Positions 10,979 through 21,361 of a stretch of 64,000 nt of DNA are shown here, piece after piece. Under the pieces are notes generated by a model. It saw only the letters and a program-made list of their open reading frames with translations, was not told where the DNA came from and made no database searches. The translations under genes were made by a program, and so were the position numbers. Source of the DNA: Candidatus Binatia bacterium (GTDB taxonomy: Bacteria > Desulfobacterota > Binatia > Bin18). The DNA lies in the NCBI GenBank assembly GCA_963666315.2, contig CAXXHG010000001.1, positions 1-64,000 of the forward strand, read 5' to 3'. The first letter of the stretch is position 1. Every line of letters begins with the position of its first letter.

Positions 10979-11392
10979 TTACTGTCCACGAACCGCTCGC
11001 AGGAACAAATAGGCCGGCACAAGAACAAGCAGCGCAAGGGTAATCACATTCCCAACCTTATCGGCCATCGAAGGATACACGTGCAAATGAATCATATGGT
11101 AGGTGAAGTGTGGAACCTGGGCGACGAGCCAGCCAAGCGAGGCGGCGAGAACCGTCTCTCGTATTTTGGTCAGGGCTGCGATGATCGTTACGATGGTAAG
11201 CGCCAAATAGAGGCCGCCTACATCCCGGATCAGGTGTCCATTAAACGGACCATCCACTGAAACCCAGCTCCGACCAAGGCCAGGAAAGCTATCGTAGAAA
11301 GCCTGGGGAAAGAATTGCGCCCAGGCACCAACCACGACACCGCTCACAACGAGATACCACAGGCCCATTTTTATACGTGTATCAAAAGTCAT
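10979..11392 (-). CDS. Hypothetical membrane protein (about 4 TM)
   Basis: Hydrophobic segments, with FYDSFPG, GPFNGHLIRDVG and PHFTYH. Co-oriented with the epimerase. Confidence 0.75.
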   Translation of the reverse strand: MTFDTRIKMGLWYLVVSGVVVGAWAQFFPQAFYDSFPGLGRSWVSVDGPFNGHLIRDVGGLYLALTIVTIIAALTKIRETVLAASLGWLVAQVPHFTYHMIHLHVYPSMADKVGNVITLALLVLVPAYLFLRAVRGQ

Positions 11393-11405
11393 GTGTCCCC
11401 CCTCT

Positions 11406-12305
11406 TCATACGCTGAGAATTTGAGGCCAGCCTTCTTTCATACTTGGATATTGAGGAGACCAGCCCGTGGTTTGCTTGAAATGTTTGTTAGAAATCCGCT
11501 GAGAGTGCATTAACGCTTCAAGACTGCCTGGCACTTCTCCTTGCATGGGCTCAGGTGGGGCAGGCGCTGCCACGCCTTCGAGCCCAGCAATGACATTTGC
11601 CAACTCCTGACGGCGCAGAGGCTCGTCTTCGGCAACATTATAGATACCTGCCGGAGCGTAAAGCGCTGCCACAACGGCCGAGGCTGCATCTTCGGCGTGA
11701 ATATGGCTCATATAACTAGCTGCATCTCCGATAAAGGGAGACTGTCCTGAGCGAATTGCAGCTTGAAACGCTTGGGTATGCGAGCTGTCGGGCGCATAAA
11801 ATGGAGGGCGTAGCACGATGCCACGCCCTCCATTTTGGCTGAACCATTGGGTCTGTTCTTCCGCTACACGGCTACTCGCCAGCTCTTCTGGACAGTTGAT
11901 CGTGTCTGCTTCGTCAACCCACTCCGCACCTTTATCCGCATACGGAAACGTAATGGACTCTTGGATAAAAATTTGACAGCCCGCTTCCGCAGCAGCCCGG
12001 GTCAGGCTGTCCGCCGTCTCGTTGCGGATGCGATTGTGCATATCCCAGGCTGTCGGCTCCATCGCCTGTTCAAGTGTAGGCACGTGGGTGGCAAGATTGG
12101 TGACTACCTCGAGTCCGGTTATAACAGGGGCAAGTGCCGACGCGTCAAATAGATCGACCTGAACGGGAGTTGCGCCGAGCTGACGTAGGGCTGCTGCCTT
12201 CTGATCTGTACGTGCGATGCCGGTCACCTGATGCCCAGCCTGGATGAGTTTCGGAACGACTCGCTGGCCGATGACTCCGGTTGCGCCGGTGACAAAAATT
12301 TTCAT
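11406..12305 (-). CDS. NAD-dependent epimerase/dehydratase family protein
   Basis: MKIFVTGATGVIG, SHIHAEDAA and GIYNVAEDEP. Confidence 0.9.
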   Translation of the reverse strand: MKIFVTGATGVIGQRVVPKLIQAGHQVTGIARTDQKAAALRQLGATPVQVDLFDASALAPVITGLEVVTNLATHVPTLEQAMEPTAWDMHNRIRNETADSLTRAAAEAGCQIFIQESITFPYADKGAEWVDEADTINCPEELASSRVAEEQTQWFSQNGGRGIVLRPPFYAPDSSHTQAFQAAIRSGQSPFIGDAASYMSHIHAEDAASAVVAALYAPAGIYNVAEDEPLRRQELANVIAGLEGVAAPAPPEPMQGEVPGSLEALMHSQRISNKHFKQTTGWSPQYPSMKEGWPQILSV

Positions 12306-12441
12306 ATTACTTCCCCCGGAGCCTCAGATCGCTTGAAATTTATGGAAAGTATAGCGGCTTCGCCAATGCCCTGACAAGAATAAAAGATGCTACTATCCAA
12401 AACTGTCGCGACCCATATCAGAGAAAAGATAGGAGGAACAC

Positions 12442-13101
12442 ATGGCGAAAACAGGACTGTATGAAGCAATGCGGACTTTACGGGCTGTGCGTCGGTTACG
12501 GACTGACCCAATTCCTGATGACGTGTTGCATCGGGTCTTGGAAGCGGCAACCTGGGCACCAACCGGAGGGAATCGTCAGCCTTGGCGTATCATCGTGGTG
12601 AAAGACCAGCAGCGCAAAGAACAGCTCGGTCGTCTGTATATAAAGATTTGGGATATCTTTGCGAAACAATATAGCACTGGCTTCGCCGGACTGGCCGATG
12701 ACATTCGAGAGAAATACGAACGCATGATCCGCGCCGGTGATCATCTGGCGACACATTTCCATGAGGCGCCAGCTATTCTTGTCTTTTGTTTTAATCCAAA
12801 AGAAATGGCGATTACGGATGAGAAGCTGGACCGTATTTCTGTAGTAGGCGGCGGGTCTGTCTATCCTTCAGTGGAAAACCTGTTGCTGGCCTGTCGCGCC
12901 GAAGGCCTCGGCTGTACGCTGACCACACTCCTGTGTACCTACGAACCCGAAGTGCGCGAGGTGCTGAACATCCCGGAACCCTGGGGGACGGCGGCTGCCA
13001 TTCCTATCGGCTATCCCGCCTTACGCGGGCACGGGCCGATTTCGCGACGTCCAGTGGAAGAGCTGACCTTTGCAGACTCATGGGGAGAGCCGTTTAAATA
13101 A
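12442..13101 (+). CDS. Nitroreductase family protein
   Basis: RAVRR, WAPTGGNRQPW and ENLLLACRAEGLG. Confidence 0.9.
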   Translation: MAKTGLYEAMRTLRAVRRLRTDPIPDDVLHRVLEAATWAPTGGNRQPWRIIVVKDQQRKEQLGRLYIKIWDIFAKQYSTGFAGLADDIREKYERMIRAGDHLATHFHEAPAILVFCFNPKEMAITDEKLDRISVVGGGSVYPSVENLLLACRAEGLGCTLTTLLCTYEPEVREVLNIPEPWGTAAAIPIGYPALRGHGPISRRPVEELTFADSWGEPFK

Positions 13102-13111
13102 ACGGGTCAAT

Positions 13112-13960
13112 CTAGCTTCGCGCTGTCACCAGTGCGGCATCTTCAAAGTCTACCAGCCCGAGGCGTCCGCCATACCCCGAAGGATGGTAGGACCGGTAGC
13201 CTAAAAGATGTTGCGCGCGCTCGGGCAGTTGGCGAGCGACTTTCAATGGAACGGCCAGCGCGTGGTGTTCCTCGGGCCGCAACCAGCCCAAGACAAAGCT
13301 GACGTGCGTGCCGCGTCGCCAGGTGTCTTTTGTTCGATTCGCTCCAGCTGCGTGGATGACTTTACCCGTATAGAGGAGGACCGAACCGGCCCTCATAACG
13401 GCCTGCGTCAATTCTTTGGGCTTTGCCTCGCGCTCAGAGTCTGCCCAGTGATGGCTTCCCGGAGCGACGATGGTGGCACCGTTTTCTTCAGTGAAGTCAT
13501 TCAGGGCAAACATCGAACTGACCGTGAGCTCTGGCCCAGGCCAAGGGAAATGGGGCCAGTTGCCTTCATCGCGATGCAGCATCTGGACCGGCTCGCCCGC
13601 ACCGACGATCATGGTTTGGGTGGTATTGGCCCAGTACGAGCCGCAATTGGGTAAAAGGTAATGATCGGCAAAAGCTTTCAGGGTAGGGTGGAGCAGCACG
13701 TCAACGAATGCCAGTGATTTCGCGGCCAGCCCGCAGAAGCGGATGGTCTGCCGACCATGAAAGGTTTGCCAGAGTTGTTCGTCGCTCCGACTACCACGCG
13801 GGTGAGTCTCAATATAATGATCAAGCTCAGCGTTGAGCTGGTGGAAGAGGTCAGGCGCAAGGCAGTCCTGTATGATCACCCCGCCGTCACGCTCGATTAC
13901 GGACAGCCTTTCTTCGTTGCTTGCGTCAGCACTCAGGGTTGTGAGTTTGCGCTCGTTCAT
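13112..13960 (-). CDS. Phytanoyl-CoA dioxygenase (PhyH) family 2OG/Fe(II) oxygenase
   Basis: HRD motif, DFTEENGAT..PGSH, HAAGAN and the GWLRPEE tail. Confidence 0.9.
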   Translation of the reverse strand: MNERKLTTLSADASNEERLSVIERDGGVIIQDCLAPDLFHQLNAELDHYIETHPRGSRSDEQLWQTFHGRQTIRFCGLAAKSLAFVDVLLHPTLKAFADHYLLPNCGSYWANTTQTMIVGAGEPVQMLHRDEGNWPHFPWPGPELTVSSMFALNDFTEENGATIVAPGSHHWADSEREAKPKELTQAVMRAGSVLLYTGKVIHAAGANRTKDTWRRGTHVSFVLGWLRPEEHHALAVPLKVARQLPERAQHLLGYRSYHPSGYGGRLGLVDFEDAALVTARS

Positions 13961-14044
13961 ACCTGACCCCTTGCCATTGGTGGGAGTAGTCTTCGCTCCG
14001 CTCCGCTGCGTTTCTTTTCTTTTTTACATTCCAGACAATAGAGC

Positions 14045-14509
14045 CTATTTCCTCACACGTGCAACCTGTCCTGTATTCGCCTGAAGCAGTGCTTGTGGTG
14101 AGACCCGGACAAGAGAGGTTGCTGACCCACCGCCGGTGTACACCTCGTCTTTTTCCATAACCTTGGAATCGATCAGAAAGGTCGCAGAAAATCCAAACGA
14201 CGGTGTGCCGCCGCACGGATAGCCTGTTTTGTCGAGTATTTCCTTTGGCAGCATAGTGCGGACCTGTTCGGTCTCCAGTACCTTGCTGACCCGAGAGGTG
14301 CTGGCGCGATCTTCGCCTTTGACGATTGCAACAATTACAGTCCCCTGTGCATCCGTCATGCAAATGTTTTTAACGAGGTTTTCTGGCCCTGTTCCGATAG
14401 CTGCTGCGGCTTCGGCGACTGAGTGACACGACTGCGTAAAGGATAAGTGCTCAGCTGTGATGCCGTTCGTCTCGATAAAGCGCTTCAGCTTTTCTTCGTA
14501 GGTGTCCAT
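14045..14509 (-). CDS. YbaK/EbsC aminoacyl-tRNA editing (deacylase) family protein
   Basis: HSVAEAAAAIG, LVKNI, TGYPCGGTPSFG and YTGGG. Start taken at MDTYEEK. Confidence 0.88.
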   Translation of the reverse strand: MDTYEEKLKRFIETNGITAEHLSFTQSCHSVAEAAAAIGTGPENLVKNICMTDAQGTVIVAIVKGEDRASTSRVSKVLETEQVRTMLPKEILDKTGYPCGGTPSFGFSATFLIDSKVMEKDEVYTGGGSATSLVRVSPQALLQANTGQVARVRK

Positions 14510-14638
14510 TATTCGACTCTTCTGTGCAAATTCTTTTCTGTAAGCTCGTCTTCGAGGGTATGCTAGAACACTACAAAAAAAGAAGGGTAGCGACAACATT
14601 CTTCATCATATACGGGAGTGGTAGGAGGAATGATGATC

Positions 14639-15256
14639 ATGGTCTCGCGTGTTGAATTTCATTTTGACTTTGGCAGCCCAAACGCCTATCTGTCCCATCT
14701 TGTTATTCCCGCTATCGAGGATCGTACAGGAACCATCTTTACCTACGTTCCAATATTGTTGGGTGGTGTGTTTAAAGCGACCAATAATGTATCGCCTGCG
14801 GTATCGCTGACGGGGATCAAGAACAAGCCTGAATACTATACTCTGGAAACTCGACGTTTTCTGAAAAAGCATGCCATCACGCAGTACATATGGAATCCGC
14901 ATTTCCCAGTGAACACGTTACAACTCATGCGTGGGGCTGTCTTTGCGCAAAGACAAGATTACTACGCACGATACGTTGAAGCCGTGTATCAACATATGTG
15001 GGCGGAGCCGAAAAAGATGGATGACCCAGGTGTCGTCCGGGCGGCGCTCGTGTCGTCCGATTTGCCTGCTGATGAGATTATGGCCGGCATCCAGCAGCCA
15101 GAGATCAAACAACAACTGATTCAGAACACCGAAGACTCAGTCGCACGCGGTGTGTTTGGTTCACCCAGTTTTTTCGTTGGCGGTGAGCTGTTTTTTGGCA
15201 AGGATAAACTAGTCGAGGTCGAAGAGGAAATTGAGGCGCAGACGGCAGGGGAATAG
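14639..15256 (+). CDS. 2-hydroxychromene-2-carboxylate isomerase / GST-kappa (DsbA-like) family
   Basis: FHFDFGSPNAYL, FPVNTL and GVFGSPSFFV..ELFFGKD. Start could be 14630, 14633 or 14639. Confidence 0.9.
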   Translation: MVSRVEFHFDFGSPNAYLSHLVIPAIEDRTGTIFTYVPILLGGVFKATNNVSPAVSLTGIKNKPEYYTLETRRFLKKHAITQYIWNPHFPVNTLQLMRGAVFAQRQDYYARYVEAVYQHMWAEPKKMDDPGVVRAALVSSDLPADEIMAGIQQPEIKQQLIQNTEDSVARGVFGSPSFFVGGELFFGKDKLVEVEEEIEAQTAGE

Positions 15257-15279
15257 GCATGTAGCTCGATTTCCTATTG

Positions 15280-15540
15280 CTAGCTTGCCGCAAGACGCGT
15301 TTCAATCTCTTCTGGATAGGCTCCTGCATAGGCTCGGGCAATCTTCAGCATGTACGTGGTGAGGGAAGGGTAGGCTTTAAGGAGGGTCTGCTCATCGTCA
15401 GCATATTCCTGCAGGAGGGCGACAATTTCCCATACATCGAGCGAGCCAGCGATACCTGCTCGCCGTCCAGTTGGTCCAGCCCGAAAAATGAGACCAGGAA
15501 ATCGGCGGATCCTCAGCCCCTCTTCAATGAGTTTTTTCAC
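15280..15540 (-). pseudogene. DUF433-type antitoxin-like protein, probably N-terminally truncated
   Basis: EEGLR..RFPGLIFR.GPTGRRA....LDVWEIV...AYAGAYPEEI. There is no RBS, no N-terminal DNA-binding part and no toxin partner. Confidence 0.6.
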
Positions 15541-15580
15541 AAAGGCAGATCTGCTCGAGTGGTTGGGAAGGACACGATCC

Positions 15581-16060
15581 TCAAGCAGCCAACGGGGGTG
15601 TGTCTAAAAGACGTTGGATAGGCGCAAGCGACTTGTCTGACTTTGCTTCGATCTCGTAGATCGTAAACTCCAGCCAGGCACGCTCGTGCTGCGTGATCTG
15701 CTGCGCGATCAACAGCCCATCAGGTGGCGCCAACTTTTCATGTTTTTCAAAATAACGGATGTATTTCTCAAGCGCAGGTTTCAGCTTCCTCATTGTCTCG
15801 GCCCAAGGCTGAGAGGCGATTTTTACAGCCCAGGCTTTGCCTTCACTCTTCTTGGCTGGATCCTCTTCCGCCGGCTCCCCGAGGGCTTCGAGTGCAGCTC
15901 GGATGCGCCCTTTGGTCTCGCGTTCTAGCTGTTCCAAAAACCGCCACTTTCGGCTGTGATCCGGGTCTTGAGCTGATTCTGCGAGGGCGGCTCCGAGAGC
16001 TTCCCCCAATACCTCGCCCTGAAAGCACTCGTGCAAATACTTCTGAAATGTGTCGCTCAT
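15581..16060 (-). CDS. Hypothetical helical protein, possibly ferritin-like
   Basis: Good RBS (GGAG). GEVLGEA, LERET and HERA motifs resemble four-helix carboxylate proteins. Confidence 0.55.
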   Translation of the reverse strand: MSDTFQKYLHECFQGEVLGEALGAALAESAQDPDHSRKWRFLEQLERETKGRIRAALEALGEPAEEDPAKKSEGKAWAVKIASQPWAETMRKLKPALEKYIRYFEKHEKLAPPDGLLIAQQITQHERAWLEFTIYEIEAKSDKSLAPIQRLLDTPPLAA

Positions 16061-16140
16061 CTGACTCCCTCCCTTTTTCTAGAATCATAGCGCTCGTGAT
16101 TATTGTTTCTATATCATCCCCTGAAAAAACCTGTCACTTA

Positions 16141-16766
16141 CTATGCCTCAACAAACTCGATCCTAAGTGGTGTACATTTATCCCCATTTGGACACTGGCC
16201 GTCAATCTCTATATCATACGGACAAGCTGAGACCGCAACTATGCAGTCCATCAGAGCCCTGAGTGCAACATATTCACCCGTTTGGGCTGCCGCAGGCCGA
16301 TCATCAATAGTTCCGTCGGCCCGAACGCGGCTGTATTGGAATAGGTTAATCGAATCTGGCGCATCAAGATATCCAAGACCATGCGGCTCAACAGCATCAA
16401 TGAGGTTGTCGGGACAATTGCGATGGTTGGCGGCTCCAGCACCGACATATAAGGCGCTGCTGCACGGAGCAAACAGGGAATCGTATAATCCGTTAGCGTG
16501 GCCCTCAACAATCTCAAACATGGGCAGCCGGAGATTTGAGTAGAAGTTGCTGCCGACCGTGAAATGCATGGACCCGCTGCTGGTCAGAGTATTAAAGTTA
16601 ACGGTTTCGCCCGGAAAGAGTTTCTCTGGCAGGTGGTGGAGATGAAAGCACACGAAGTCACAGATTTGCTGGCCATCGACGTCCACTACACGGATCGTTT
16701 CTCCACGCCGGACCACATGGGTTTCCCTTCGGTTGCCGGAATAACAATGTCTCGTTTGTCTGTCAT
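16141..16766 (-). pseudogene. Urea carboxylase-associated family protein (DUF1989), 5' frameshift
   Basis: DVDGQQICD, C..NCPDNL, INLFQ and VAVSACP. The RBS-preceded ATG at 16766 (MTDKRDIVIPATEGK) is one base out of frame at about 16720. This may be a sequencing error. Confidence 0.8.
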
Positions 16767-17005
16767 GGTTCGTTCTTCCTCCCTTTGTGTTTTGGCGACG
16801 TCGACTTCCAACCGAACCGGACTGGACCAGAAAAGGGTAAAAACCACGCTAGACCTTCGGCAAAATTCTCAAGATATTCAGGATAGCGAGGTGGGGCGTG
16901 TCGACCCTGGCTCAGAGGGTTGCTTAGGGTGTCGTGCAGTCGGCGAAGCAGTGCAACCGTATGTGAGCGTCTAGCCGCGGTCTTGAGGCAGAGAAGGAGA
17001 AGTCC

Positions 17006-17839
17006 ATGGAACAGTATGCTCATCCCGAAGTGCTCGTTGAGACTGAGTGGGTTGCCGAACATCTGGACGACCCGAAGGTGCGGCTCATTGATACACATAT
17101 CGATCCAACGTCCTATGAGGCCGGTCACATTCCAGGCGCAGTCTTTTGGAATGGATTTGAGACGCTGCTCAAGCCGGACTGGCGCATAAATTTTGAAAAA
17201 GATTCGATAGAGGAGCTGTTTAGCCGTTCGGGCATTGCCAATGACACTACGGTTATCGCTTATAGCGACCATAATGCGCTTGCGCCGTGGGTGTTTTGGT
17301 TTCTCAAATCAATAGGCCACTCGGATGTTCGTGTTTTGAACGGTGGTCGTAAAAAATGGATTGCTGGCGGCCATGCGCTCTCGACAGATAAACCGACTGT
17401 CGCCACTGCGACGTATACTGCTCAAGACCCGAATCCAGACTTGCGTGCGCTCCAAGAGAAAGTCCTGGCTGCTGTTGGCCAAGACAACCAGGTCTTATTG
17501 GATGTGCGGACGCCTGAGGAATATCGGGGGGAGTTATTTGTGCTGAAACCAGCGCAAGGCACAGAGCGAGCCGGGCATATACCAGGAGCAACCCATCTGT
17601 ATTACGAGGAGGCACTAAACGCAGACGACACGTTTAAGTCTACTGACGAATTGGCCACTCTCTTCGCGCATCAGGGCGTCACTGCCGACAAAGAAACGAT
17701 TACCTACTGCGCGGTTGGTATGCGCTCTGCCCATACCTGGTTCGTGTTGACGCAATTGTTGAGCTACCCACAGGTCCGTAGCTTCGACGCTTCGTGGAAT
17801 GTCTGGGGCCGTCTGCCGGATACGCCTGTTGAGAAATAA
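17006..17839 (+). CDS. Sulfurtransferase (tandem rhodanese, SseA-like)
   Basis: YEAGHIPGA, VLNGG, LLDVRTPEEY and catalytic YCAVGMRS. Confidence 0.93.
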   Translation: MEQYAHPEVLVETEWVAEHLDDPKVRLIDTHIDPTSYEAGHIPGAVFWNGFETLLKPDWRINFEKDSIEELFSRSGIANDTTVIAYSDHNALAPWVFWFLKSIGHSDVRVLNGGRKKWIAGGHALSTDKPTVATATYTAQDPNPDLRALQEKVLAAVGQDNQVLLDVRTPEEYRGELFVLKPAQGTERAGHIPGATHLYYEEALNADDTFKSTDELATLFAHQGVTADKETITYCAVGMRSAHTWFVLTQLLSYPQVRSFDASWNVWGRLPDTPVEK

Positions 17840-17849
17840 GGAGAACAGC

Positions 17850-18608
17850 ATGCGACTCAAAGACAAGGTGGCGCTCATAACGGGCGCGGACTCTGGAATA
17901 GGTGAGGCAACGGCAAAGACCTTTGCCCGCGAAGGGGCGACGATTGTAGTCGTCGATATCGATGAGGAAGGTGGAAACGGGGTTGTTGCCGACATTCGCA
18001 CAGCGCAGGGCACGGCAGAGTTTTGTCGTGCCGACTGTGGTGAGCCGGCCGAAATCGAACGGATGATCGCGGTTGCGACTGACCGTTTCGGCCGTCTCGA
18101 TGTCTTGCATAATAATGCGCTCTTCACGGTTGTCGATCGTATCGGGGATATCACGCTCGAAGGCTGGAAAAAAACGCTGGATGTTAGCCTGACTGGTTAC
18201 TGGTACGCGATCAAGATCGCGCTTGGACCTATGCTCAAGCAGGGCAAGGGTGCCATTATCAACACAGCCTCAGTCTCCGGATTGGCGGGTGACTACACCT
18301 TAGGTGCGTACAATGCCGTCAAGGCTGGTGTGGTCAATATCTCGCGGGTGACCGGCATCGAGTATGCGCGCAAAGGTATACGCTGCAACGCTATCTGTCC
18401 CGGCCCAATCTTAACCCCGCCGCTCAAGCAGCTCGGCGAGGCCAAGCCGGAAGTTTTCGCGCGCATCCGCGAAGCGATTCCCAATGTGGCACTGTTTCTG
18501 GCTTCTGACGAGGCCTCGTTTGTGACAGGTGCGTATTTTGTTGTCGACGGCGGTCTGTGGGCGCATTCGGGCATGCCGAGTCTGAGCGGGGAAGGAGCGG
18601 ATTGGTAG
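17850..18608 (+). CDS. SDR family oxidoreductase (apparent internal deletion near the C-terminus)
   Basis: TGADSGIG, NNA and YNAVK. EAIP joins directly to NVALFLASD. Confidence 0.88.
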   Translation: MRLKDKVALITGADSGIGEATAKTFAREGATIVVVDIDEEGGNGVVADIRTAQGTAEFCRADCGEPAEIERMIAVATDRFGRLDVLHNNALFTVVDRIGDITLEGWKKTLDVSLTGYWYAIKIALGPMLKQGKGAIINTASVSGLAGDYTLGAYNAVKAGVVNISRVTGIEYARKGIRCNAICPGPILTPPLKQLGEAKPEVFARIREAIPNVALFLASDEASFVTGAYFVVDGGLWAHSGMPSLSGEGADW

Positions 18609-18623
18609 GCCGAGCACGCCTGT

Positions 18624-19649
18624 TCAGTCGTGCTCGAATTTTCCGTAGTGGGTAAAGTTCTGCTCCAAATACCAGCGGAGATATTCCTGGACCGTGATCG
18701 GCTCCTCACGTGGAGGATTATCCGGTCCATGACAGGTCGGCAGGCATTCGATGACAGTGTCCGGACTTGGTAGGACGAAGTACGGGATGGAATAGCGATC
18801 CCGGCCAGACAGGTTACGCACCCGGTGCGGTGTTGAGAGGACTTTGCCGTTTGACCAGCGAGTCAGCACATCGCCAGAATTGACGAGGAAGGCTTCCGGC
18901 CAGGCTGGTGCGCGGATCCAGTCCTGCTCCTTTGGTTTGATCTCGAGTCCCGGTACGTCTGTCGTTGCCAAGAGCGTGAAGAACGTGCCGTCGGTATGCG
19001 GTGAGGAATTATACTGTTTCTCCTCTAAAGGGTCCGGCGGATAATGTGAAAGTCGTTGGAAGGCGATATTCTGGTATTTGAGGAAGAGCGGCTCGAAAAA
19101 ATCTGAAGGCAGATCGAGTGCTGTGGCGAACAGCGGGAGGAGTGAGAGAGACAGCTCCTCCATTGTCTCGAAAAAATCGACCAAGGTTTCCCGAAAGCCC
19201 GGCAGCCCCTGCGGCCACTGATTCGGAAATGGCAGCTTGAACGGTGCCCGGTCGCGTTGCATGAAGAACGCTTCAACCCGGTCGGGTTTGGTATGGCCCT
19301 CATAATACTCCGAAGTGCGCCCCAGCTGTTGCCGATCCCCCATATAGCCAACGAAGACGTCGTTGAGTTTAAGCTTATTCTTCTGCGCCAAAGGCAAGGC
19401 ATGGAACCGCTCGCCTTCCTGACATACGCCGTCAAGGACTGAGCGCAGAACGCCGTGACCAATAAGGTAGAAAAACCCAACCTCGGTCAACGCTTGGTAC
19501 AGCATGGGTGCCAGTTTCTCGCAGGCGCCAGGAACACCGGCGAGATAGTCTTCCACATTAAGAACAGGGATAACGGTACCACTTTGTGCATCGTCGATGA
19601 GCCCAGTCTGTAATGTTGCTGTGCTTGTCTCTTCGGCTACCGTCGTCAT
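18624..19649 (-). CDS. Isopenicillin N synthase-family 2OG/Fe(II) oxygenase
   Basis: GFFYLIGHG, HYPP, HTD, VNSGD, STPHRV and RYSIPYF. Confidence 0.92.
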   Translation of the reverse strand: MTTVAEETSTATLQTGLIDDAQSGTVIPVLNVEDYLAGVPGACEKLAPMLYQALTEVGFFYLIGHGVLRSVLDGVCQEGERFHALPLAQKNKLKLNDVFVGYMGDRQQLGRTSEYYEGHTKPDRVEAFFMQRDRAPFKLPFPNQWPQGLPGFRETLVDFFETMEELSLSLLPLFATALDLPSDFFEPLFLKYQNIAFQRLSHYPPDPLEEKQYNSSPHTDGTFFTLLATTDVPGLEIKPKEQDWIRAPAWPEAFLVNSGDVLTRWSNGKVLSTPHRVRNLSGRDRYSIPYFVLPSPDTVIECLPTCHGPDNPPREEPITVQEYLRWYLEQNFTHYGKFEHD

Positions 19650-19663
19650 AGCCTCACCCTCCC

Positions 19664-21361
19664 TCAGAACTGATACGTCACGCGCAGGACGGTTTCGTCG
19701 CGGCGACGATACAGCCCACCTAAACCCCAGCTCTCATCCACCCGGCCGCCGTAGCCGGGCACGAAGAAATAGTTTTGGGCCAGCCGGACTATAAGGCGCG
19801 GAGTGACATAATAATCCGCCACCCAGCCGACCTGCGAGCTGTAGTGGTTGATCGGATCGATTACAAAAAAGACGAGCGGTAAGAGTTTACCTCGCATATA
19901 GATGGTGCTTGCGGCAATAGTCCCAACTGCTTCCCAGTTACGAACCTTGTCAGTGGCAGACAGCTGTCCCTGAAAACGCGACGTGCTAGTCGGAATATAC
20001 TGCCAAAAGATTTGCGTGGTCAGAAAAAACGTTGAGCGACGGTTGAGTGTCCTGATCCAGGTTGGCCGATCAAAGCCGACAAACGCCTGCCAGGCGTCAC
20101 TCTTCTTGATGCCCAAGTAGCCACTTGGAGCTGGGGAATTGCTCTCGTCCAGAATCAGGATGGGTTTGCGCTTATCCGCGAATGGCTTGCCAAACTCATA
20201 GATAGTCTCCATCCGCCATACGCCTTCGGTGTACTCGTCGTCCGCGTAACTCGCGGAGACGCCGACTGCGTGGGTATAGGGGTAATAGGCCTCAGCAGGC
20301 AGGATGCCGCGATTAATAAGGTCGCTATTACTGCGGGCCACATCGGTCAGCGACTCGCAACCCAGCGTTCCAAGATCGCACTGGTTGAGTCCGCGTAGGC
20401 CGGAGGTATTCACGCCGTCATCGTGAGCCGTGCGTTGATACAGATAATTCAGGGTGAAGGTAATGCCGTGTGAGGTGGTTGCGCCAACGCGAAAGCCGAC
20501 CTGGCTGTTCTCATCTATTGTTTTGCTATAGTTGCCCCGGCGGCCTAAGGCGGTTCGATTGAGCAGCTTAAAATTGCCTCCGCTTGGACTCCCGACAAAC
20601 GGGTTCGAGCCGGGCGAACTCCAGGTCCGGCCTGGTGAGAAACCAAATTTGAGCGGTACCCATAACCCTGGCACCCAATAGGTTTCAGCATAGACATCGC
20701 TCAAATTCCCAATGCGGCCAAAACTATACGTGCCGCGTATCATCCAGTAGGGAATGCGTAGATCATCCCAGGTTTCCTGGCCAACTCCACCGCCGTGCCA
20801 GGTGGTGTCAAGCGCGTTTGTGCGGTCGAGCATCCGTAGGTTGTCCGACTCTCCCCACACCACCATTTGGCGTCCGATCCGCAAGGACAACGGGATATTG
20901 GCGAACTCGATGTCGGTAAACACTTCGCGAAACGTGCTCTCGAATCGCAGCGCGTGCGCGGCATCTTGTGACAGATCTGATAATTTGCCGTCCCGGCCCG
21001 CGCGGCCTCCGTAGGGAAAGACCTCTTGGCGCGGCCCGGGCTCGAAATCGTACACGCTGTCGTACACCCCTCGGTACAAGCCCACAAAATGGGCGTAATC
21101 TATGCCCGGTAGGGAGAGGCGACTGAAAGCCTGGCCGTTTTTGATCCAGTCGTACTCCAAACGTATTCGCACGACGTTGCGCTGCTGGATGATGGACCAT
21201 TTGTCCGGTTCGGGATGGCGAAAGATCTGCTGCGTTTGAAGATTGCCGGAAAGGGACAGATCTCCGTAGGTGAAGTCCGCACGAGCCGAAGAGAAGGGCA
21301 GGGTAAGAAGCAGCACCCAGAGAGTCGCGCAAGAGAGGGTGCGCTGTAAGCGGAATCGCAT
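19664..21361 (-). CDS. DUF1302 family outer-membrane beta-barrel protein
   Basis: Signal peptide, LRIGRQMVVWGESD and C-terminal RVTYQF beta-signal. Adjacent to DUF1329. Confidence 0.82.
   Translation of the reverse strand: MRFRLQRTLSCATLWVLLLTLPFSSARADFTYGDLSLSGNLQTQQIFRHPEPDKWSIIQQRNVVRIRLEYDWIKNGQAFSRLSLPGIDYAHFVGLYRGVYDSVYDFEPGPRQEVFPYGGRAGRDGKLSDLSQDAAHALRFESTFREVFTDIEFANIPLSLRIGRQMVVWGESDNLRMLDRTNALDTTWHGGGVGQETWDDLRIPYWMIRGTYSFGRIGNLSDVYAETYWVPGLWVPLKFGFSPGRTWSSPGSNPFVGSPSGGNFKLLNRTALGRRGNYSKTIDENSQVGFRVGATTSHGITFTLNYLYQRTAHDDGVNTSGLRGLNQCDLGTLGCESLTDVARSNSDLINRGILPAEAYYPYTHAVGVSASYADDEYTEGVWRMETIYEFGKPFADKRKPILILDESNSPAPSGYLGIKKSDAWQAFVGFDRPTWIRTLNRRSTFFLTTQIFWQYIPTSTSRFQGQLSATDKVRNWEAVGTIAASTIYMRGKLLPLVFFVIDPINHYSSQVGWVADYYVTPRLIVRLAQNYFFVPGYGGRVDESWGLGGLYRRRDETVLRVTYQF

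Noticed and set aside
18624-19649. Beta-lactam biosynthesis from the IPNS-like gene
   Set aside because: There is no ACV synthetase or other cluster gene, and the family is broad and mostly unrelated to penicillin.
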